This document shows, piece after piece, positions 11,082 to 18,945 of a DNA stretch of 26,569 bases; position 1 is the first letter of the stretch; the number at the start of each line of letters is the position of its first letter. The translations under genes and the position numbers were made by a program. The DNA lies in contig JAYVMQ010000067.1 of the NCBI GenBank assembly GCA_043758855.1, positions 1 to 26,569 of the forward strand. The letters run 5' to 3'. Source of the DNA: Chloroflexota bacterium (lineage in GTDB: Bacteria > Chloroflexota > Limnocylindria > Limnocylindrales > CSP1-4). The notes under the pieces are model-generated. The model saw only the letters and a program-made list of their open reading frames with translations, made no database searches and was not told where the DNA came from.

Positions 11082-12305
11082 ATGAGTGACGCGCACAAGG
11101 CGAATTTCTCCGCGGCCACCCATGCCACGGCCACCCATGCCACAGTTGCCCGTGCCGCCGCTCTGCGGTCGCGCCTCAAGGCGTCTGGGCCGGTGCAGCT
11201 AGTTCGGGCCCCCGGCCGAGTCAACCTGATCGGCGAGTACACGGACTTCAATATGGGATTCGCCCTCCCGGTCGCGATCGACCGCGAGGTCTGGCTCGCC
11301 TTCGAACCCTGGGAGCGCCCTGAGGTCGAGTTGACATCGGCGGAGCTGAACGAGACGCGCTCGTTCGCCTTCCGGGGCCTCGCGCCGGAGACGCGCGGCG
11401 CAGCCACCTGGATCGACTACGTCGCTGGGACCGCCTGGGCCATGAGTGAGGCAGGCCTTCCATTGCGCGGCTTCCGGGGCGTTCTCGACTCGACAATCCC
11501 TGTGGGCGCCAGCCTCAGTTCATCGGCAGCGCTCGAGATGGCCTCCAGTCTGGCACTCGCCGATCCCCAAGCGCGACGGCCGGCCGCGGCCGCAATGGCT
11601 GCGATCGCCCAACGCGGCGAGAACGGCTACGTTGGAGTCAACTGCGGGATCATGGACCAGTTTGCAAGCGCGGCCGGCCGGAAGGGCCAGGCGCTGCTGA
11701 TCGACTGCTTGACCAACGAAGCCGTGACGACGCAGCTGCCGGCGGCACTGTCGATCGTCGTTTGCGACACCGGGTCCCCGCGCCGCCTCGACTCCTCGGC
11801 ATACAACACACGGCGCTCGGAGTGCGAGCTCGGGGTTCAATTGATCGCCGAGCGAGCACCAGGCGTCAGGTCTCTCCGCGACGTCGACGAGGCGATGCTG
11901 GCGCGCCTTCGCGATCGGCTGCCCGAAAACGTGGCGCGCAGATGCGAGCACGTCGTCCGCGAGAACGAGAGGGTTATGGCCGTGGTGACAGCCCTACGGG
12001 ACGGCGATTTTGAAGCCCTGGGTCGATTGTTTGCAGCCTCGCACGCCTCCTTACGGGACTTATTCGAGGTCAGCTCGTATGAACTCGACACGATGGTAGA
12101 GATTGCCATTGGCGTGCCAGGGGTCGTTGCGAGCCGGATGACCGGTGGCGGATTCGGCGGCTGCACCGTCAGCCTGGTCGAGCGCGGGGCTGAGGACGCT
12201 CTACGTGAGAGAGTCTTGCGCGACTACCCGAGGCGGACTGGGCTGTCAGCGAGGGTCTTCGCGGTGGCTGCCGTCGACGGAGCCGGCGAGCTCCAGATTC
12301 CGTGA
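11082..12305 (+). CDS. galK: Galactokinase (GHMP kinase) with atypical signature residues
   Basis: GAGGTG SD before ATG 11082. RAPGRVNLIGEYTDFN, PVGASLSSSAALE, CGIMDQ, YNTRRSEC, SHASLRDLFEVS, RMTGGGFGGC. Confidence 0.93.
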   Translation: MSDAHKANFSAATHATATHATVARAAALRSRLKASGPVQLVRAPGRVNLIGEYTDFNMGFALPVAIDREVWLAFEPWERPEVELTSAELNETRSFAFRGLAPETRGAATWIDYVAGTAWAMSEAGLPLRGFRGVLDSTIPVGASLSSSAALEMASSLALADPQARRPAAAAMAAIAQRGENGYVGVNCGIMDQFASAAGRKGQALLIDCLTNEAVTTQLPAALSIVVCDTGSPRRLDSSAYNTRRSECELGVQLIAERAPGVRSLRDVDEAMLARLRDRLPENVARRCEHVVRENERVMAVVTALRDGDFEALGRLFAASHASLRDLFEVSSYELDTMVEIAIGVPGVVASRMTGGGFGGCTVSLVERGAEDALRERVLRDYPRRTGLSARVFAVAAVDGAGELQIP

Positions 12306-12451
12306 AGCGCCACGGAACGGCCGGCCAGCCCTCAGGCGGAACCGACGATCTGTCGACCGCGACCCCTGTCCGTTGCCGCGCATACTAGGCCCCGCGCCGA
12401 TGCGGGAACGCCTTGGACTCAGGACTGACTCGTGTTGAGGCGCGCCTTCAA

Positions 12452-13294
12452 GTGGGGCTGACATTGGATCCAGATTCCCGCATCCAGAGCGTAGCCACGC
12501 CGCCGGCCGGCTCAACGCGTCGCCGTGTCCGGCCACACTGGCTTCACGTACCGTTCCGGCCCACTCGAGCCACCCCTCCCGGCTCCGACGGCTTGGATGA
12601 CTCCGCCAAAACGCTGGCCGGTCATCTCGTCGAACTGCGCAACCGGCTCGTCATCGCGGGTTTCGCGCTGGTGCCCGGCACGATACTGGGCTTCATCTTT
12701 GCCGGCCCAATCATCCACGTCCTCAAGGCGCCGCTGCCTTCGGATGCCCCCCTCGAGACTCTGGTGCTGACGGGGCCGTTCATGATCAACCTCCAGGTTG
12801 CGCTCGTCACCGGCGTCATCCTGGCCATGCCCGTGATCTTGTATGAGTTCTGGGCATTCGTGTCGCCGGGATTGAGCCCGCAGGAGCGGTCGGCGGCCCG
12901 GCCATGGGTTCCACTGGCGTTATTCTTCTTCGCTCTCGGCGTCGGGGTCGCCTACTTCATCCTCCCCTACGCCGCCGGCTTCCTCTATAACTTCCAGACC
13001 AAAGACATCCACCTGCTGCTCACGGCGGACGGCTACTTCGGCTTTGTCACCACTCTGTTTCTGGCGTTCGGAGTGGTGATGGAGTTCCCGATATTCCTAG
13101 TCCTGCTCTCGAAGATGGGCATTGTGACGTCCCAGCGCTTGCGGGGCTCGCGTCGAATGGCAGTCCTTGGGATCGTGATCTTTTCCGCCCTCATAACGCC
13201 AGGTGCGGACCTCGTGAGCCCCATAGTCATGGCCGTCGTCATGTATTGCCTCTACGAGCTCTCGATTGTGATGATCAGGATGGGCGGTCACTAA
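12452..13294 (+). CDS. tatC: Twin-arginine translocase TatC
   Basis: TLAGHLVELRNRL, YEFWAFVSPGL, FGVVMEFP, ITPGADLVS, LYELSI. Start uncertain (in-frame TTG/GTG at 12413, 12452, 12464). Confidence 0.92.
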   Translation: MGLTLDPDSRIQSVATPPAGSTRRRVRPHWLHVPFRPTRATPPGSDGLDDSAKTLAGHLVELRNRLVIAGFALVPGTILGFIFAGPIIHVLKAPLPSDAPLETLVLTGPFMINLQVALVTGVILAMPVILYEFWAFVSPGLSPQERSAARPWVPLALFFFALGVGVAYFILPYAAGFLYNFQTKDIHLLLTADGYFGFVTTLFLAFGVVMEFPIFLVLLSKMGIVTSQRLRGSRRMAVLGIVIFSALITPGADLVSPIVMAVVMYCLYELSIVMIRMGGH

Positions 13295-13526
13295 CCGGTC
13301 GAGCCATCTCGTTCAGATGAATGGCATCGACAACGAGCTGCGACCCGACGTGATCGATCCGCGTTGGACGTGTGGCCGCAAGGACGTCCATCTCCGCCGG
13401 GACCCAAGCGGACGAAGCACAAGGTCGGCTGGTGGGCAACCCGCCTGCCACGTCTTAGGGCTCGCTCGACTTTCGCCGGTGGCCCATAATCGATTGAGAG
13501 AAGCATTCCACCGAAGGAGGATCGGC

Positions 13527-14039
<513 letters not shown>

Positions 14040-14074
14040 CGGGTCGGGGACGGCTGCAGGTGGAGAACATCCGA

Positions 14075-14674
14075 ATGAGCGATGTCAGGCTCGGTCAGGG
14101 AGGCATTCCCGAGTGGCTCGAGCCGAACGTTCGCTTCTGCTCACGCTGCGGCACGGCCCTCCAGTTCGGCCCGATCGCAGGCGAGGAGCGCGACCGACTC
14201 GCTTGCCCGGGTTGCGGCTTCATCTTCTACGTGAACCCGCGGCTGGTGGTAACCACGCTGCCGATCACAGAGAGCGGCGAGGTCGTGCTCATCCGGCGCG
14301 GCATCGCCCCGGGCTACAACATGTGGGCGCAGCCGGGCGGCTTCCTCGAGATCGACGAGACCGTCCGCGACGCCGCCATCCGCGAGACGCTCGAAGAGAC
14401 GGGCCTCCACGTGGAGCCGGTGCGGATCGTGGGTCTCTACTCGCGCGTCCAAGCGGCCGTGGTCGTGGTCGTCTATGAGGCCCGCATCGTTGGCGGCCAA
14501 CCCATCACTACGCACGAGTCGCTGGAGACGCGGCCGTACGCCCCGGACCAGATCCCGTGGTCGGAGATCGCCTTCGAGACGAGCGTGCGTGCGCTCCGGG
14601 ATTGGATGGCGCGCGTCCGACCGGAACTGCCCCTGCCCGATCCCTCGACGATCCGCCGCGAATTCGGGGCCTGA
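14075..14674 (+). CDS. Nudix hydrolase with N-terminal zinc ribbon
   Basis: CSRC...CPGC plus Nudix box GGFLEIDETVRDAAIRETLEETGL. GGAG SD before ATG 14075. Confidence 0.9.
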   Translation: MSDVRLGQGGIPEWLEPNVRFCSRCGTALQFGPIAGEERDRLACPGCGFIFYVNPRLVVTTLPITESGEVVLIRRGIAPGYNMWAQPGGFLEIDETVRDAAIRETLEETGLHVEPVRIVGLYSRVQAAVVVVVYEARIVGGQPITTHESLETRPYAPDQIPWSEIAFETSVRALRDWMARVRPELPLPDPSTIRREFGA

Positions 14675-14690
14675 TGTAGGAGCGGCAGGC

Positions 14691-14756
14691 GGGGCGGCGG
14701 GGCGGCGGGGCGGTGCGCGCGGGGCGGTGGGCGCGGGGCACGGGACTGTGGGGCGG
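14691..14756 (+). repeat. G-run low-complexity tract (GGGGCGGC x~3 and further runs)
   Basis: Six GGGG runs (14691, 14699, 14707, 14721, 14735, 14750) and two GGG runs directly after the Nudix stop. Confidence 0.8.
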
Positions 14757-14765
14757 CATTCCTGC

Positions 14766-14966
14766 CAGATTCAAATGGGGGTAGCACGGATCCGAGTTGC
14801 CGACGGCTGCGGCCCAGCATTTCGGCCAGCTCCAATGGGCGCAGCGCGAAATCAGGCTACGAGGTCGGTCTAGCCCACCAAACGGGCCACTTCGGAGGGC
14901 GCAAGAGCCAGCCCACGCCCAACAGGGCACTCACACCCCGCACCGTGCTACCCGGGTTTGAATCTG
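14766..14966. repeat. 201-bp long imperfect palindrome with 24-bp terminal inverted repeats (MITE/REPIN-like)
   Basis: CAGATTCAAA-TGG-GGGTAGCACGG (14766-14789) vs reverse complement of 14943-14966, CAGATTCAAA-CCC-GGGTAGCACGG: 21/24 identical, ungapped. Confidence 0.75.
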
Positions 14967-15076
14967 CAATGAAACAGCTTGGAGCGGGCGCCGCCCCGCC
15001 CGCGGCGCCGGCCGGCCGCCTGCGCGGCGCGGGCCCGCCCCACAGACTCCTGGCCCTCGTGCGAAACTGGGCCCCA

Positions 15077-16363
15077 ATGGACGCCGCCACGATTGCCCTG
15101 GTACTGATCCCGCTCGTAATCCTCCAATTCGGGCTGATGTTCTACGCCCTGTACGACCTCTTTGCTGAGGACCGCCGCGTCCGGGGCGACAGCAAGATCA
15201 TGTGGGCCCTGATCATTGCCTTGGCCTCCGGCATCGGGCCGCTCGTCTACTTCTTCGCCGGTCGCGATGACTCTCGCGGCGCCGCCATCGGCAACTTGGC
15301 TGCCGCACCCACAGACTCCATCGCCCACATCCTGGCCACCTGGCCGGCTCTGGCCGAGACGACGGACGCGGCAATCTCCACGACCGGCCTGACCAAGCGC
15401 TACAGCGGCGGCGTGGTGGCCCTTGATCACCTAAATCTGACCGTCCCGAGCGGCAGCATCTTCGGCTTCCTGGGGCCCAACGGCGCCGGCAAGACCACGA
15501 CCCTGCGCCTGCTCGCCGGCCTCGCAACTGCCACCGACGGCACGGGCTCGGTGGCCGGCGTGAAGATCGGCGGCACGGGTGGCGACCTGGCCCGAAACAT
15601 CGGCTACCTGGACCAGGACCCGCGCTTCTACGGCTGGATGCGCGGCCGCGAGTTGCTGAACATGGTTGGCCAGCTCCACGGGCTCCATGGAGCGGCCCTC
15701 AAGCAACGCGTCGGCGAGGTCCTGGAGATCGTGGGCCTGAACGAAGCCGCGCACCGGCGAATCGGCGGCTACTCCGGCGGCATGCGCCAACGGCTGGGCA
15801 TCGGCCAGGCTCTCATTAACCAGCCCCGTGTCCTCTTTCTCGATGAGCCGGTCAGCTCGCTGGACCCCGAAGGCCGGCGCGATGTCCTGGAGATCATTTC
15901 GCGGCTCCGAGGCACGGCCACCGTCTTCATGAGCACCCACATCCTCAACGACGTCGAGCGGGTCTGCGACCGTGTGGCGATCCTCAACTTCGGCCATCTC
16001 GTAGTCGAAGGCCCCATCGCCGAACTGCTCGATCGCTACGCCCAGCCCATCTACGAACTCGAACCGGAGCCTCAGCAGCCCGGCTCGATCGACCGACTCG
16101 CGGCCGCCCTGCGCGGTCAGGCCTGGGCGCATGAGGTCAAGTCGACGCCCGATACCGTCCGTGTCTTCGTCGACGATCCGATGGTGGCCGGCCCCGCCAT
16201 CATGCCGCTGGTCGTCGCGAGCGGCGTCAACCTTGTTCGATACGAACGGGTCCGGCCCAGCCTCGAGGACATTTTCCTCCGCTTGGTGTCGGAGCGCGGG
16301 CCGCCGATAGCGCCGCCGGTCACCGTCCCCGTCTGGGGCCTCGATGCGAGCGGTCGACGATGA
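15077..16363 (+). CDS. ABC transporter ATPase fused to an N-terminal PLDc_N (YxlD/YxlE-like) two-helix membrane domain
   Basis: MDAATIALVLIPL...KIMWALIIALASGIGPLVYFFAGR (PLDc_N pattern), a linker, then GPNGAGKTT, YSGGMRQRLG, LFLDEP, STH, all in one frame. Confidence 0.88.
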   Translation: MDAATIALVLIPLVILQFGLMFYALYDLFAEDRRVRGDSKIMWALIIALASGIGPLVYFFAGRDDSRGAAIGNLAAAPTDSIAHILATWPALAETTDAAISTTGLTKRYSGGVVALDHLNLTVPSGSIFGFLGPNGAGKTTTLRLLAGLATATDGTGSVAGVKIGGTGGDLARNIGYLDQDPRFYGWMRGRELLNMVGQLHGLHGAALKQRVGEVLEIVGLNEAAHRRIGGYSGGMRQRLGIGQALINQPRVLFLDEPVSSLDPEGRRDVLEIISRLRGTATVFMSTHILNDVERVCDRVAILNFGHLVVEGPIAELLDRYAQPIYELEPEPQQPGSIDRLAAALRGQAWAHEVKSTPDTVRVFVDDPMVAGPAIMPLVVASGVNLVRYERVRPSLEDIFLRLVSERGPPIAPPVTVPVWGLDASGRR

Positions 16364-17130
16364 TGGGCTTGCGGGTCCTGCTGCTCAAGGAGCTGCGCGA
16401 GCAGCTGCGCACGAATCGGCTGCTTGCCGTGGCCGCGGTCTTCGTGATCTTCGGCATCATCAGCCCTCTGACCGACCGCTACATGAAGCAACTCTTCGAC
16501 GCCATCGGCAGCCAGGGCGGCGGCATGTCATTTGTCGTGCCGCCTCCCAGCCTGAACGGAGCCGCCGCCCAGATCCTGAAGAACTTGTCGCAGTTCGGCA
16601 TAATCTGCGCCCTGTTGCTGGCCATGGGATCAGTCGCCTGGGAGAAGGACCGCGGCACCGCCGGGATGATCCTGACCAAGCCGGCTTCTCGGGCCGCCTT
16701 CCTGGCCGCCAAGCTGATCGCGATCTCGCTCACCCTCGGCTTCGCGACACTGCTCGGCTACGGCTTCGCCTACGTCTACGTCGCGCTCCTCTACCCGGCG
16801 CCCTTCCCGATCGGCGGGTACGTTGCCATGGCCCTGCTGCTGTGGTGGATGCTCGTGGGCTTCGCCGCCATCACGATGCTGGGCAGCGCCCTAACCAGAT
16901 CGGCTATCGCCGCCGCGGGCATCGGCCTGGTGGCGCTGCTCGTCTTTGGGATCGTCGCTCAGCTGCCGATCATCGGCGACTACGTACCCTCGTCGCTCGG
17001 CAAGATCGCCGCAGACCTGGTCCTGGGCAAGGACCCGGGCTTCGTCCTAGGCCCAATCCTCTTCAACATCGCCCTGGTCCCGGCCCTCTTCGGTCTCACC
17101 TGGCTAACCTTCCGCCGCCAGGAGCTGTAG
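16360..17130 (+). CDS. ABC-2 type exporter permease (YxlG-like)
   Basis: LLKELRE N-terminus, EKDRGT...LTKP.SR...L.AK motif, about six hydrophobic segments. ATGA overlap with the ATPase stop. Confidence 0.9.
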   Translation: MMGLRVLLLKELREQLRTNRLLAVAAVFVIFGIISPLTDRYMKQLFDAIGSQGGGMSFVVPPPSLNGAAAQILKNLSQFGIICALLLAMGSVAWEKDRGTAGMILTKPASRAAFLAAKLIAISLTLGFATLLGYGFAYVYVALLYPAPFPIGGYVAMALLLWWMLVGFAAITMLGSALTRSAIAAAGIGLVALLVFGIVAQLPIIGDYVPSSLGKIAADLVLGKDPGFVLGPILFNIALVPALFGLTWLTFRRQEL

Positions 17131-17142
17131 CGAGGTCCGGGC

Positions 17143-18090
17143 TTGTCGGGATTCAGGCGGGTCCACACCGCGCAATGGATTGAGCACTTCACCCGCCGAG
17201 GGTACTCGGACGTGAGACCGCTCGGGGCCGGAGTAGAAGGTGCGATCTACCGTCTGGGCAACGGGACGGTGGCCAAGGTATGGGGCCGCCGTCACGAGGC
17301 GGAGCTCGTCCGCCTGCAGAGGTTTTACGCGGATGTCGCCCGCGCCGGGTTGCCGTTCGCCACGCCGGTGATTCTGGAGGTCGAGGAGGTCGACGGCGTT
17401 GCCGTGACGTTCGAGCAGGAGTTGCACGGCCAACCGCTCCAGAAGCGGCTAGCGTTTGAGGACGCCGAGCTGGATCAGGACACATTGAATTGCGTCATTG
17501 AAGTGCTCCGGGCGCTGGCCACCGTGCCCGGTACCGAGGCGATGCGAGAGATGTCAGTGCTGGACGAGGAGCGTCCGCTCTGGGCGGGCACGGACGACTT
17601 CCGCACTGTCCTGGTCGCGCTATTGGAGCGCCGCATGGCGCGTTTCGGAGGCGCGCTGCGCAGCCACGTACCGGACTTCGACCGCCGCTACACGAGGATC
17701 CTGGAGAAGCTGACCGTACTCGACAGAGTGCCGAGCACGGTCATTCATGGAGACCTCTTTGGCGAGAACATTCTGGTGGACGACAGGGTCCGGCCGGTGG
17801 CGGTGCTCGACTTCGGATTCCTGTCCACGGCAGGCGATCCGCGACTGGATGCGAGCATCACCGCCGTGACCATGAACATGTACGGGCCGCACGCCCCGAC
17901 GATCGCTGCTGCGGTTACCGATCGTTTCGCCGCCGAACTGGGGTACCCCGTCGAGGCGATGTTGATCTACCGTGCCGCATACGCCGTGGCGACCAGCAAC
18001 GTGTTCACGCCGGACGGCAGCGACGGCCACTTTCCGTGGTGTGTCGCGCAGCTCACCGGGGCCAAGCTGACCACGGTCCTAGATCTCTGA
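17143..18090 (+). CDS. Aminoglycoside phosphotransferase (APH/choline kinase-like) family kinase
   Basis: LGAGVEGAIY Gly-rich loop, VAK lysine, HGDLFGEN catalytic motif, LDFG metal-binding motif. TTG start with GAGG upstream (start uncertain). Confidence 0.82.
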   Translation: MSGFRRVHTAQWIEHFTRRGYSDVRPLGAGVEGAIYRLGNGTVAKVWGRRHEAELVRLQRFYADVARAGLPFATPVILEVEEVDGVAVTFEQELHGQPLQKRLAFEDAELDQDTLNCVIEVLRALATVPGTEAMREMSVLDEERPLWAGTDDFRTVLVALLERRMARFGGALRSHVPDFDRRYTRILEKLTVLDRVPSTVIHGDLFGENILVDDRVRPVAVLDFGFLSTAGDPRLDASITAVTMNMYGPHAPTIAAAVTDRFAAELGYPVEAMLIYRAAYAVATSNVFTPDGSDGHFPWCVAQLTGAKLTTVLDL

Positions 18091-18093
18091 GGC

Positions 18094-18609
18094 TCATCTC
18101 AATGTACGCGTGACCAGCTCGAACGTGACGGGCGTCGGCGCGGAGACGAGGTCCAGCACCGGGCAGTGGGCGTTGACGTGATCGCGGAGCCGCCGCAGTT
18201 CCTCGGCCGGTGCCGGGCTGTCGAGGTGGACGGTTCCACGGATCGATGTGAAACCGGGCCGAACCGACGGATCGACACCGAAGAACCCGCGCAGGTCGAT
18301 GTCTCCCTCAACAGTGACGGCGACCCCGTCGAGCGGGATGCCCAGGGCGTCGGCGTGAAGCCGGTAGGTGATCTCCTGGCACGTCGCCAGGGCGGCGAGC
18401 GCGTATTCGACCGGGTTCGGGGCCGAGTCGACCCCGCCGAGCGTTGGCGGTTCGTCGACCGGGATGTCGAACGTTCGAACTTTCACCTCGCTCCGTAGGC
18501 CCAGCTTCTGCTGGCTCTGGGCTCGGAACGTGACGAGGGCGGCCTCCGGCGCGGCGCGGAGAGCCGACGAGGTCGCCTGGAAGAGAGGGGCAAACGAGGA
18601 CTTGGTCAT
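18094..18609 (-). CDS. OsmC/Ohr-family protein
   Basis: GGAG SD before ATG 18609. DEPPTLGG.DSAPNPVEYALAALATC and HCPV (both conserved cysteines). Confidence 0.9.
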   Translation of the reverse strand: MTKSSFAPLFQATSSALRAAPEAALVTFRAQSQQKLGLRSEVKVRTFDIPVDEPPTLGGVDSAPNPVEYALAALATCQEITYRLHADALGIPLDGVAVTVEGDIDLRGFFGVDPSVRPGFTSIRGTVHLDSPAPAEELRRLRDHVNAHCPVLDLVSAPTPVTFELVTRTLR

Positions 18610-18644
18610 GAGAGTCTCCGGAGTGGACAAGGGAGTGGGGGCCC

Positions 18645-18683
18645 GCAGGGGCGCCGGGCAGGGGCCTAGGGCAGGGGCCGAGG
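18645..18683. repeat. 13-bp tandem repeat x3 (GCAGGGGCNNNGG)
   Basis: GCAGGGGCGCCGG, GCAGGGGCCTAGG, GCAGGGGCCGAGG. Confidence 0.8.
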
Positions 18684-18945
18684 GGCGGCCCGAGTGACGG
18701 CGGACACCCACCGCTCGTTCCGGAGACAGACTGGCCGCAGCGCTAATGGCTGTGGCTCGGGACCGACCGAGGTCCCGCTATGCGATCGTCAGTTCAGATC
18801 GCGCGCGACCAAGGACCCCTTCCTCCGGGCGGCAGGGCCGCCGGGAGACACAACATGGTCGCTCCAGTCGCATTCATGCGGTGAACAGTACCATGGCGAC
18901 CGCGACTTCGGCTGGACCGGCTGGATGCGTACCGCTCCGCGCCAT

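Noticed and set aside
11005-12590. Recurring octamer CTCCGACG near tatA, galK and tatC
   Set aside because: It also occurs inside coding regions (near 9045 and 25511), consistent with chance at this GC content.
13295-13526. ZTP, PRPP (ykkC) or guanine riboswitch upstream of purE
   Set aside because: The consensus cores could not be matched by eye. Kept only as an unclassified structured region.
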